Assembly (NCBI RefSeq): GCF_964355755.1
Contig: NC_092678.1
Span: 21,841,365-21,905,364 of the forward strand
Source: Antedon mediterranea
Lineage: Eukaryota; Animalia; Echinodermata
DNA: 64,000 nucleotides
Reading direction: 5' to 3'
The first letter of the stretch is position 1, and each line of letters opens with the position of its first letter. Of this stretch, positions 45,401 to 54,200 are shown in pieces. Position numbers and translations under genes: made by a program. The notes below the pieces were generated by a model. That model ran no database searches, was not told the DNA's origin, and worked only from the letters and a program-made list of their open reading frames with translations.

Positions 45401-47752
45401 TAAGCCTAGCTAGGCTAGGCCTAAGACCGTCCACGAGAGGTCGATCGCCGCGAGCTACTTAGGTAGTGCATTGTTTCTCACTTTTTATCATAATTTACCA
45501 TAAAACGTACATTTAAGACAAGGAATGACATGGTTTAATGTTTTTAAAGTGATATATATGTATTATTTTCCAAAAAACGTCCAAAATTGCAGGGAAGGGG
45601 TCTTTAAATGAAGAAATCTTGTCATCATATTTAGTATAACATCACACTAAAATGCCTAGGCAGAAGCAGGTTGCCGTTACGTTAGTTGATGCATGACACA
45701 AACATTGCATTTTGGAAAAGTGAAATGCTAAGAAAATCGTCACTCCAGACATATTCTCTTATTAAGTCTAATCCGTGCCTTGAAAAATATTTATTGGATT
45801 GCACAGACTTTCTAGGATCTAGCCTCAAATTCAAACTACGTTCTAACACCCCTTCCTTTAGTTCACAGGAGTTGTAAGTGGCTTCCTGAATATGATGGTA
45901 TCTGTAAAATGTGTAAGAATGGGAATAGAAGACATTCAACATTTTCTATTCACATGTAACCAACTCAATGGCATAAGGATTGAAGAATATACCAAATTAG
46001 AATATATGTTAATCGATATCATATCAATCATTTAGATGTATGGGAAAATTTTATCTCTGGTGACCTGAACACCAAATTAAATCTTGTATTAGGTGGAACT
46101 GATAACTACTATCATTATTGTATGACGTCGATTCCATATCAAATGTCTTTGATTGTTACTGTAAGCACTATGTTAAAAGAGCATGGGCACACAGATGTAT
46201 TGTTCTAGGCGAGTAATGTTCATATCAATCAAACTAAAATGATTGATATCTATCTCATTATAGTGTTAGGTCTACATTGTTGTTGCCCAATAGAGAGAAA
46301 TGGCGAACCGCGATGACGTCACTCAAATTTCACCGAGTGGGTATAGATTGTAAACAAACCATTTCGCCACATGTTTTTGTATGGGAAATTCCGATGGGTT
46401 GAGTTAAAAAAGTAGGTAGAAAAGAACGTTTAAAACACACATAATAGCAGTATCTTTTTTTTTTTGCAACCCCATAACAATTTTAATGTTATATGGGCAA
46501 ATCTTAACATATTTTATTTTAATTTGGATTGAATTAAGACGCGTTTTTGTTATATACTGTACCCAGCTCTAGGCCCTAGATAGTTGGCCTGTATATGCTG
46601 TAGTACCTCGAGTACTCGAGCCTAGCACGGATCAGGGATTATCGGTTATTATAATAATAATAATAATAATAATATTGGAAATTCGTTATTGCATACTGTA
46701 CTACTACTACTTTAGCTAGGGTGCTGCTAAGCCTCTCCTAGCTAGGTAGTAAGACTAAATAGAGCATCTCTAGTAGATGTAGGCCTAGCATTAGTTTCAG
46801 CTTGACAACTGCTATTTTGTTATGTGGCTAGTGATGCTTCCTTCCTGCAGGGGGCTATCGCCAGTAATGAATACTTGATAACACCATTCTACTATAATAC
46901 TATAGGCCTAGTCTAATGTAGACCTACAGATATGAGATATTTTTAGGAATATGATTGTGAATGATGGATGACTTTTATACATAACAAGAATTATGAGCGT
47001 TACAGCAACAACATTGGTTAGACGACGCCATGATTCATGGGAAATGTGCCGCCCTCAACGGTTTGTTATGATTTTATACCCACTCGGATTTTAGACGCCG
47101 GTTCGCCATTTCTCTCTATTCATTTTATATTGTACAGTTCCTACCTATTCTATTATTGTTTATTTCTTGTAATTTTGTATTTTTAGGTGTCAGTGGGTTT
47201 CCTGCTGACTGTAGTGTTAATTATCAATGGTATTGTAGTTACTGTAGTTGAATTGTTTTGACATTTTGACCTACGTCGACTTTTTATTGTAATTGTTATT
47301 TACTATATCATGTTGTTTTTTGTTGTACATTTCATTTGGATGCTGCACCTTCCATTTGGTCGAGTGCCACTGTTGTAAAAGTTTAATCTCCAAATAAATT
47401 ATTATTATTATTGTAGCTAGCCCGGCCTAGCCCACTCACTCAGGCCTAGCCAACGAGGTGACGATATGTACAGTCTGTGTGGTGAGGCATTTATGTTCGG
47501 TGTATAAGACGCACCCTTCTTAATTTAGAGGTCAAATTTGCGTGTCAAAAGTGCGACTTATACACCGAAATATACGGTACTGCTTATTTTTCTACTGTAA
47601 TGTATTTTTTGTGTAGTTAGGATTTAAAACAAAAATCTAAATACTGACCCAAGTGTACTGATAAATCCATTAACACTTCCTTCTGCATATAATGAAACAA
47701 TATCTCCAAAATGCAAGAAACTGCTACTGGTGGTGGTCGACAATTCCCCCAT
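217..47752 (-). CDS. ITPR1: Inositol 1,4,5-trisphosphate receptor, 5' half (suppressor domain, MIR/IP3-binding core, RIH/ARM region); gene continues beyond the left edge
   Basis: 27 GT-AG exons in consistent phase: 47752-47649 ([35 protein letters not shown]), 43629-43559 ([23 protein letters not shown]), 43046-42931, 21688-21602, 20881-20723, 20303-20205, 18385-18302, 17856-17710, 16468-16373, 16010-15856, 15465-15366, 14940-14780, 14640-14499, 14392-14234, 13740-13568, 13261-13142, 12604-12404, 12089-11838, 8655-8505, 8389-8245, 5632-5436, 5051-4928, 4798-4747, 2469-2304, 2161-1955, 1493-1395, 354-217 (sum 3705 nt). IP3-contact motifs [14 protein letters not shown] and YRKNQ are present. 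The symbol means ITPR-family ortholog; invertebrates usually have a single gene. Confidence 0.97.
1657..1935. repeat. 84-bp tandem repeat, about 3.3 copies, in an ITPR intron
   Basis: acaaattgctt...tgattggctaa recurs at 1657, 1741, 1825 and 1909. Confidence 0.9.
2965..3120. mobile_element. Possible degenerate Tc1/mariner-pogo (Tigger-like) MITE
   Basis: TA|CAGTctacactcc ... ggagaattcACTG|TA; short imperfect TIRs with TA flanks. Confidence 0.35.
4344..4487 (-). CDS. Candidate 144-nt cassette exon of ITPR (48-aa insert)
   Basis: GC-richer island in an AT-rich intron; CAG acceptor and GTGAGT donor; phase 2-2 matching the host intron; open in ITPR frame: (N)[47 protein letters not shown](H). 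Confidence 0.6.
5695..6110. repeat. Degenerate (GAT/ATG)n trinucleotide microsatellite
   Basis: Long gatgatgat run; explains the spurious poly-M and poly-I ORFs. Confidence 0.95.
6586..6665 (+). mobile_element. tRNA-derived SINE head or tRNA pseudogene
   Basis: A box TGGTCTAGAGG and B box GGTTCGAGCCC at tRNA-like spacing; no clean acceptor stem. Confidence 0.55.
7404..7430 (-). CDS. Candidate 27-nt micro-exon of ITPR (EPEPPAENT)
   Basis: tttccttgacCAG acceptor and CAG|GTGAAT donor; phase 1-1 matching the host intron; no stop codon. Confidence 0.6.
7538..7681. mobile_element. PIF/Harbinger-like MITE (family A)
   Basis: TIR AGCTCTGTCTACACTATCAAACT ... AGTTTCATAGTGTAGACAGAGCT with TTA/TAA flanks; internal 20-21 bp units. 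Confidence 0.85.
9595..9810. mobile_element. MITE with about 40-bp TIRs containing ctgcagttactgcag
   Basis: catgtcaacattattgtactgcagttactgcagtaa ... ttactgcagtaactgcagtacaataatgttaacatg; related motif fragments at about 2740, 7125, 7225, 24835 and 29540-29680. Confidence 0.7.
10185..10345. mobile_element. PIF/Harbinger-like MITE (family A)
   Basis: Same TIRs as 7538-7681, preceded by TAA. Confidence 0.85.
12690..13100 (-). mobile_element. Degenerate, interrupted Deu-domain SINE copy
   Basis: Shares ggtttatagtccttatccgaga and cctcgaaccc (B box on minus strand) with 40121-40420. Confidence 0.5.
20929..21183. mobile_element. Two adjacent family A MITE copies
   Basis: ...agtttgatagtgtagacaaggct followed by agctctgtctacaccatcaaact...agtttgatagtgtagacacagct. 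Confidence 0.8.
23014..23325 (-). mobile_element. Penelope-like (PLE) terminal-repeat fragment with inverted ends
   Basis: Perfect 37-bp inverted repeat (23014-23050 and 23289-23325) enclosing a hammerhead-like motif on the minus strand. Confidence 0.65.
23072..23118 (-). ncRNA. Minimal type I hammerhead ribozyme motif
   Basis: Minus strand reads cactc CUGAGGA c GAUCAA agcaua UUGAUC GAAA CG UC aag: CUGANGA core, 6-bp stem II, GAAA, palindromic ACGU stem III, UC cleavage site; stem I has a mismatch. Confidence 0.65.
23955..24102. mobile_element. Family A MITE
   Basis: tctctgtctacac ... tttgatagtgtagacagagct. Confidence 0.8.
24481..24655. mobile_element. Family A MITE (degenerate right end)
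   Basis: tctctgtctacactatcaaact with internal atcactaccatatttgggcat units. Confidence 0.7.
25124..26282 (+). mobile_element. 5'-truncated L1/Tx1-clade LINE (ORF2 C-terminus, zf-RVT zinc knuckle), decayed
   Basis: ORF 25467-26147 has [10 protein letters not shown] and CTFC[11 protein letters not shown]; upstream frameshifts and stops; AATAAA plus poly(A) tail at about 26255-26284; 11-bp TSD AAGTAAACAAT at 25113-25123 and 26283-26293. Confidence 0.92.
26673..26895. mobile_element. MITE with about 40-bp TIRs
   Basis: gtgctagcttacctggataaaccgacaatagcctttctcct ... aggagaaaggctattgtcggtttatccaggtaagttaggcac; an extra solo TIR at about 27085-27121. Confidence 0.8.
27861..28018. repeat. 81-bp direct tandem duplication
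   Basis: accactac(c/g)tatcaccacaccttag... at 27861 and 27942. Confidence 0.9.
28262..28450. repeat. Dispersed repeat, inverted homolog of about 50960-51105
   Basis: caggacactgagctcgccttgccaagataggaact and gtcgcagccacagataaa match the reverse complement in the SUMF1 intron. Confidence 0.75.
29114..29273. mobile_element. Long palindromic (fold-back) element
   Basis: About 70-bp arms (caaataatgaatgttt...gatgaaaggttatatcaac and gttgatataacctttcatc...aaacattcattatttg) around a central gaggcaaagccga. Confidence 0.8.
30150..31550. repeat. 31-bp minisatellite, roughly 40+ copies
   Basis: Unit aagtgcaaatgccacaatattctgtagtcct; degenerate at the left end; short (ttta)n interruption at about 31401-31418. 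Confidence 0.97.
31551..32382. repeat. Variable-length minisatellite built from TACAGTA/TACTGTA pentamer slippage
   Basis: Units tacagtacctct(tactg)n tactatactg, about 30 bp varying in 5-nt steps. Confidence 0.95.
33074..36000 (+). pseudogene. pol: Gypsy pol pseudogene (one 5-bp frameshift, one in-frame stop)
   Basis: Frameshift at 33551-33557 and TGA at 35260-35262 split a single pol into three ORFs. Confidence 0.92.
36220..37071. mobile_element. 852-bp non-autonomous Tc2/pogo-like (Tc1/mariner superfamily) element inserted in the Gypsy LTR
   Basis: TA|CCGTATATTTCGGTGTATAAGTCGCAC ... GTGCGACTTATACACCGAAATATACGG|TA. Confidence 0.92.
38221..38603. mobile_element. TTAA-flanked MITE (Kolobok-like termini)
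   Basis: TTAA|AGCTCCATCCCCTAC ... GTAGGAACAGGGCT|TTAA; internal homology (inverted) to 44978-45603. Confidence 0.8.
40121..40420 (-). mobile_element. tRNA-headed SINE with Deu/Nin-like central domain
   Basis: Minus strand: A box TGGCCGAGCGG, B box GGTTCGAGGC, then gtcttctcggataaggactataaaccgtaggtcc...ttcgagacgagtagggggttaccccggtgt resembling the Deu-domain consensus as I recall it; (TA)n tail. Confidence 0.8.
40535..41715. mobile_element. Non-autonomous DNA transposon (hAT-like CAG termini) with apparent 6-bp TSD
   Basis: TIR CAGACCTTGATTTA ... TAAATCAAGGTCTG; ATTTTG on both flanks; subterminal ggagcgcc/ggagagcc repeats; no transposase ORF. Confidence 0.85.
42594..42905. repeat. About 130-bp tandem repeat, about 2.4 copies
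   Basis: tgacct..tatattcattgaatggagagaatatcttt and aaacattcactgttcaca...ggaaaggtacagtaggcgagttataaaac recur. Confidence 0.85.
44978..45603. mobile_element. TTAA-flanked MITE (Kolobok-like) nested in the Tc2-like element
   Basis: TTAA|AGCCCCATTCCCTAC ... GCAGGGAAGGGGTCT|TTAA. Confidence 0.82.
45689..47412 (+). mobile_element. 5'-truncated LINE 3' fragment (CR1/L2-like tail), nested
   Basis: Remnant peptide [18 protein letters not shown]...LEKYL...KFKLRS typical of LINE ORF2 C-termini; ends in AATAAA(TTA)n; interrupts the host element cleanly. Confidence 0.65.
46289..47120. mobile_element. MITE with 22-bp TIRs nested in the LINE fragment
   Basis: aatagagagaaatggcgaaccg ... cggttcgccatttctctctatt, plus subterminal inverted ccgagtgggtata and tatacccactcgg. 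Confidence 0.85.
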
Positions 47753-48546
47753 CCTCTCTTCTGGGTCCTAAAAATCCAGGCTTCAATTCAACAAATTGCT
47801 TTCCTTTTTTTATTTTCGTGAATCAATTTTCACTATAATTGTTGTGCCTGATTTATTAATTCCAATCCAAAAGCTGATTTACCATCACATAGTTATATCG
47901 CTGCATAGACTATTGTTCATTAAACGAAAATTAAAGTCACATAATTTTTAGGCTATAATTGTAGGCTGCCCTGCAGACAACAGCAACACTTCCGGGGTGC
48001 ACGCACTGCCACCGAGCTCAAGCAGCCAACAAGTCCTAACAAAATCTAGGTTAGGCCTAAGAAGACCAGGCTTACCTGCGTCAATCCTTTCTTATCTATT
48101 TACCTTGCGTTATACATAAACGAATACAGATACACAAAAGCATTTATATAATGTGCTTAGAAGTTCCTTTACTTTTAGAGATAAAGGAATCGCTATTTAA
48201 TCTCTAAAACAGTCAATCCGTCGACACGATGCACACCGCACACACAATCGCCTGTTGATGCTCTCTAGTCAATCAAAAAAGTAACAACAAACAGCCCACA
48301 TGCGCACGGCGGAATAATCCCACTAACACTATGTTTTTTAATAACTTCAAGTGTCTTTTGAATACGTAAGAAGGACATTCAACAAACGGATAGATTTATT
48401 AGAGTTACACATTTATTCTGAAAGTTTCCATTTTATAAAATAAAAGGTTATTTATTTATTGTTGCTTTTCTAAATGATGTAAATAAAAATATAGTTCCCA
48501 AAACATTACACAGCGCCCTCTTGCTGTAAATAAATTGCAAACAAAG
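47753..48546. promoter_or_regulatory. ITPR/SUMF1 bidirectional promoter and 5' UTR region
   Basis: Divergent start codons under 800 bp apart; probable ITPR 5' UTR intron 47971-48075 (CAG|GTAAG donor, ctgcAG acceptor on the minus strand); CTCF-like motif at 48511-48526. Confidence 0.7.
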
Positions 48547-51500
48547 ATGGCAGCCTCCACGATAAAAGTGAATTTGTTGTTTTCTATATTTTCACTCTGT
48601 TTATTCGTAAATGCTTATTCTTCAGAAGTGCTTACAGATGTCGATGCCACTAATTCAAAAGAAGAACAAGACTGTGGGTGTTCTTCACTGAATCGAGAGA
48701 ATTTAGTAAAGAACCAGGACGAAGTACCTGTTGACCAACATCCTGGCGAGGGACAGGATGAGACATCGGCGGCGAAGGTACAGGACGCTAGGCCCCCTGA
48801 GCATAACATTGGAGAAAATGATGGACCCGAGCTAAACCCAGCCCTAAAGTACAGTTCTGAAGCAAATAAAAATTCAAAAAGATGGAATGAAATGGTTTAT
48901 ATAGAAGGTGGAACATTTACAATGGGTATTGATCGTGCAATCATACCTCTCGACGGCGAAAGTCCTTCTAGAAGGGTTACAGTTGATTCATTTTATACAG
49001 ATATATATGAAACAACTAATTCAGAATTTATGAGGTTTATCCAAGCAACTCAGTATTTAACAGATGTATGTGTGTTACTATTTCATATTTCTTTTTATAT
49101 TAATTTGTTATAATAACTTATGTATATTAGTCACTGGTTGGAGGTACACACCTAATTGGTGACTGGCTTAGGCTGCTTTTGTGCTTTCCTGGCAGCTAGT
49201 AACTATGATTTTATGTTTTCTTTTGCGTTGTGTTTGTTTAATTTTTTGATTTGTATTATATTTTGTAAAATATATCTTTTGCCTGAATAAATAATAATAA
49301 TAATAATAATAGTGTATATAGATACTAATGTAAAGGGACAGACATTAAAACACCATCATTGTTCATTGATTTGACGTACCATCTATGTTTTTGCCCACCC
49401 ATGCGTCAATAATTATTTGTAAATGATGCACCTTTCCCAGGAGTAGTATAGTGGGTCATACAATTGACAAGTGCATAATTGTTGCAGATAGTATGGAATT
49501 AGTCAATGCTGTTTCTAGTAGACATTTAGTATAGTTTTTCTGTATTTCAACTTAATACCATAACGCAGAATCAAAAGGAACGTGCTAGCAATGGCAGACT
49601 GGTACAGTACCGAGTGGCTGCGATTCAGAGTAAATCAGTCTAGGACAGACCGTCATGATGATGCCAAATGTCAAAAATAATTCGTATTTGTATTCCAAAT
49701 TACTATTCATGCAACTTCGCAAACTGATAAGAAAAAATTCAAACAAAATATCTGAAAATACACTATAACCACCACCAGCAACATTTTTAAAGCTCTGTCT
49801 ACGTAACACTATCAAACTTTATGTGACAACAAAATGTGTTGTGCCCATATACCATACTTGGGCATACAGTATCATTACCATACTTGGGCATATCATTACC
49901 ATACTTGGGCATATCATTACCATACTGTACTTGGGCATATCATTACCATACTTGGGCATATCATTACCATACTGTACTTGGGCATATCATTACCATACTT
50001 GGGCATATCATTACCATACTTGGGCATATCATTACCATACTTGGGCATATCATTACCATACTTGGGCATATCATTACCATATTTGGGCACATCACACTTT
50101 TTTGTCAAACTGGTTTGATAGTGTAGACAGAGCATTATTTACAACATACAACACAAGATTCATCATAAATGCCACCACAGAAACAATATTTTTTTTAAAA
50201 CTAAATGTAGATTATTATATTTTATCATTTCAGGCAGAGAGGTTTGGAGATTCTTTTGTTGTGGAAATAGCTTTAAGTGAAGAAACTAAGAAAGATATTG
50301 TGCAAGCAGTAAGTTTGTTTAATATTGGTTCCCACTAAGATGCAACGGAAAGGTGTACTGTAAGGACAACGTAAGCGAGTTGACCAATGACAAGCGACAG
50401 TTCGAATAATCTGTGGTCTGTGATTGATCAAATCACTTATGTTGTGCTTAAGTCCTTGCGTTGCGTCCTAGTGGGAATCAAGCTTGACTCACTCTATTTG
50501 AGGAGACCATAGATTCTAAGATTCATTTCTTTACCTACAGGCATCCATCTTCCCTAGGACACCAGAATTCATTCTGGGCAATTTAGGATCTAGGCTAGGC
50601 CTAAGCTATGGCTATGCCTATACAGTACATAGCCTGGCCAAGCCCATGAACTGACACTACTGGCCCAATGGAATAGCACCACATGCACTTACAAGGTCAT
50701 TACGTCATAATACACTCACTGGCTTGTCGACATGAATGTCCATGTCCAATCAAAACACTCATATATCCGTGGACCAGTCGACTACCACCTACATGGACAT
50801 GAATATAGTGCACGTTCGCCCAAATTGAAAAGTCCCTGACCTGGCGTGGTCATATCCAGTGTGTTGGATAATAATAATATTCTCTTTGGGTGTTGCACGG
50901 TGCAGTAACCACCTTTTTTGCACAACTTCCCAAAATACCACTCATAACAAATGAATGGAAGGGTTTATCTGTGGCTGCGACACGATCAGTGCCCACCCCT
51001 AAACAGACACTGCGCACATACATAGTACAGTACTGTTGGTATTTGTCGCAGCCAATTCAAGGACTGTTACAGTTCCTATCTTGGCAAGGCAAGCTCAGTG
51101 TCCTGGTTTATTATAGTATTATTGTATTTTAGGTTGCAGCAGCCCCATGGTGGCTACCAGTGAAAGGGGCTGACTGGAGACACCCTGAAGGGCCTGATTC
51201 AAACATCACTAAAAGGTATATTTTAGTATATATAATGTTATTACTAGTAATGCTGCAGGAGGCATCTTTTGGGTACATAGACTGACCAGCAACCTAACCT
51301 CTCATCTGAAGAATGAGAAGAGTGAGATTTTTTTAGAAAATACATTTCTTTACATAGGTAATGTCTGTTGTGTTTACTTTCTTTATGTAGACTGAATCAT
51401 CCAGTCACTCACATTTCATGGACCGATGCCAATGAATTCTGTAAGTGGTCTGGAAAAAGGCTACCAACAGAAGCTGAATGGGAGTATGCTGCTAGAGGGG

Positions 51501-53342
51501 GTTTGGAAAACAGGTAAAATTCTCATGATTTTATCGTTTTTTCAAACGATAAATTTCTAAGCCACTTCTAGACCCTTGCGCTACCTGTTTTACTGAAAAA
51601 TACTATGGACTTGAACTACTAAACTACAGGAAAAAGGCAATGCCAGAGGGTTCAATATTTGTACTGGTCTCTCGGGGAATGGAGGCTTTCAGGAGCATGA
51701 TAAACCTCAATAGTTTTATGTGTTACCTTATTTTAACTTTGCAGACTATTTCCTTGGGGAAATAAATTTAATCCAAATAATGATCACATGGCAAACATTT
51801 GGCAAGGAACTTTCCCAACAACAAACACTGCTGAAGATGGCTACATAGGCACATGCCCGGTAAGGTAACAATGTTGTGAGAGGTTTTTGCATTATTTAAA
51901 GACCATGAGTTGCATCTTTTGAATCCTGTCAAATAAGATGTTTCGCGTACCTGCAAAATGTGCGCATCCACAGAATTTATGAAATACATAACATTTTCCC
52001 TAATTAGGCTATCGCTCTCAGTAGAGTGATAGCCTATTATTATTGTCAATCATGATATTTTGGATAATTTGTTGTTGGTTGCAGATCTCTAAAATGGCGA
52101 AAGCAGTTGTGTTGTAACTTAGCCAGCAGATACACATATGTGACAATGATTTACTGACTGTTCATACAATCGTACCATCGTACAAGAGTGCTAGCCTACT
52201 GTAAACTAAGCTAATAAATAGCCTGTGCATGTTACGATGCGTTGTGCGATAGACTAACTCGTCAAAGTGACGAGTTAAAATCTATTTTATTTTTTTAATG
52301 TGTGCATTTTTAAAAGTGTAAAATTTGTGTACATGCATATTATGCAATCCACTTTTTTTATTATTCTTAATGAAGTTTATGAGTATATGGGTAGCAATAT
52401 TTTGGATTGGGACACAATATACAGAAATATCAAAGAAACTTTTATATAATGTGGAAAAAAATGCATTTATTTATTTTCTGTTTCTTTCATAGGTTAATAC
52501 ATTTAAACCAAATGGATTTGGTTTGTACAACACAATAGGGAATGTATGGGAATGGACGTCAGATCGCTGGTCCATTCAGCATACCAATGATTCTGTCAAA
52601 AATCCTGTAAGTTTACAGAAACAGATAAAAGATTACAGAATGTATTGCATAAACGATCACTGCTTTAATAACATGCATGGCAACACTACACAGACTAACC
52701 ATTCGATATGTACATGTACAGTATGAAAGTGCATAATAAAGCAGCCTCAGTTTCTGTGCTATATTGACCATAAAAATGCATATAAACATATGCTTTTGCA
52801 AATAATAATTTTTTAAATGAAAATTGGCAAGTTAATTTCAAAATAACAGTTTATGGATGCCTGAGAAATAGCCATGTATGCGCGAGACCTAAAACACCGG
52901 TTGTAATGCGTGAAACTTGCGAGAACTACTTTTGAATTGGTTCTTCGAATTTTATTTATTGTTGGTATAAAAGTAATTTTTTTACAATTGTATGTTTTTT
53001 AGACTGGTCCTCAAACGGGTGCGAATCGAGTGAAAAAGGGAGGTTCTTTTATGTGCCACGAGGTAAGCTCTAGCTAAATGTACTGGGGTGAATGATTGAT
53101 TTTGCAGGTTAAAAATAAATAATTTAAAGGGGAATCGTTTTCAATGCAAAGGTTATCCAAGTTGGAGTTCATATGGCTCAGTGTGGTGGTTTTGCTTTTA
53201 CAATTTTTCTGTTTTCATCTAGTCGTATTGTTACCGTTATCGTTGTGCTGCTAGAAGCCAAAATGACGAAGAAAGCTCCGCTTACAATCTTGGGGTTCGT
53301 TGCGTAGCTGACCACTTACCAGAAGATGCGACAGAAATTTAG
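48547..53342 (+). CDS. SUMF1: Formylglycine-generating enzyme (sulfatase-modifying factor 1), 402 aa
   Basis: Exons 48547-49065, 50234-50308, 51133-51215, 51391-51513, 51745-51859, 52493-52606, 53003-53062, 53223-53342 (1209 nt). Signal peptide, CGC motif, [63 protein letters not shown] with both catalytic cysteines. Confidence 0.97.
49791..50133. mobile_element. Family A MITE with expanded internal 21-bp tandem array
   Basis: Family TIRs enclosing about 11 copies of atatcattaccatacttgggc. Confidence 0.88.
50326..50481. mobile_element. Short Harbinger-like MITE
   Basis: ttggttcccactaagatgcaacg ... cgttgcgtcctagtgggaatcaa inverted ends. Confidence 0.7.
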
Positions 53343-54200
53343 CATCCCCGGTAATGGACTCATCATAAAAACAAAAACGCAAATTCAATGTCTTCCAAAC
53401 ATTTATTTTTTGTTAGTTACTGTTAAAAGTGTTAACTTATTTAAGACTGTCATAGTTTTTCAAAGACTTAAGTTCACAAAAAGTTTTGCGAACAGTGCTG
53501 AAGTGAAAAGTATTTCTCTGAAAAAATTCATAAAATAATCAGAAAAATTATATAGTAATTATAAGGGGTATTTTTCATGCATCTGAATGTTATTATTTAA
53601 AAAATTGATATTTTATAACAAATTAATTCCAATGTTTTTTATGACAATTACGTGCAATAAGTCTATTCTGGATAGAACAGAAATTGAAATGATCATGTAG
53701 GTAGAACCAAATAATGAATGGTCATGTGACACACTATTTAAACTATAATAATCAACTAAGGAGCTACAATAATGTACATGATATTGATTGTATAGTTTAT
53801 ATTAAGGAATGCTTTTATTGTTAACAATCTCTGTTATGTCTTAAGTTATAAAATCGATTTCAACAAAGGCAATAGAGTGTTTAACTTGGAAACCGTGTAA
53901 CATAGTTATAATGGGTCCGCATAACTCACAACGGATGATATACTCTACTATTGCGTGTCACTATTGAATACGTCTCCCCGCAGGAGCTAGACCAAATAGG
54001 ACCAGCCCATTTATCCTTGGGTAAAAAATGCTATAATATGAGAACATTCAGTTGTATTGTTTTACTTTCTTGATATTTATAATATTATTGACTCTGAAAA
54101 CAATTCATTACTGTAGCAGATTTTAATTTATAAAAATAAAGCTTATACATTGAGTTGTACTGTAGCATAAAACATTTAAATATTATTATAAATCAGTAAT

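Larger units (their letters stand above)
44367..47577. mobile_element. Second copy (inverted) of the Tc2/pogo-like element, expanded by nested insertions
   Basis: Same 27-bp TIRs and TA flanks; 44367-44960, 45610-45688 and 47413-47577 match the reverse complement of 36220-37071. Confidence 0.92.

Noticed and set aside
49823-50233. Repetitive His/Tyr-rich ORFs ([14 protein letters not shown])
   Set aside because: Translations of the 21-bp MITE array; only 50234-50308 is real SUMF1 exon.
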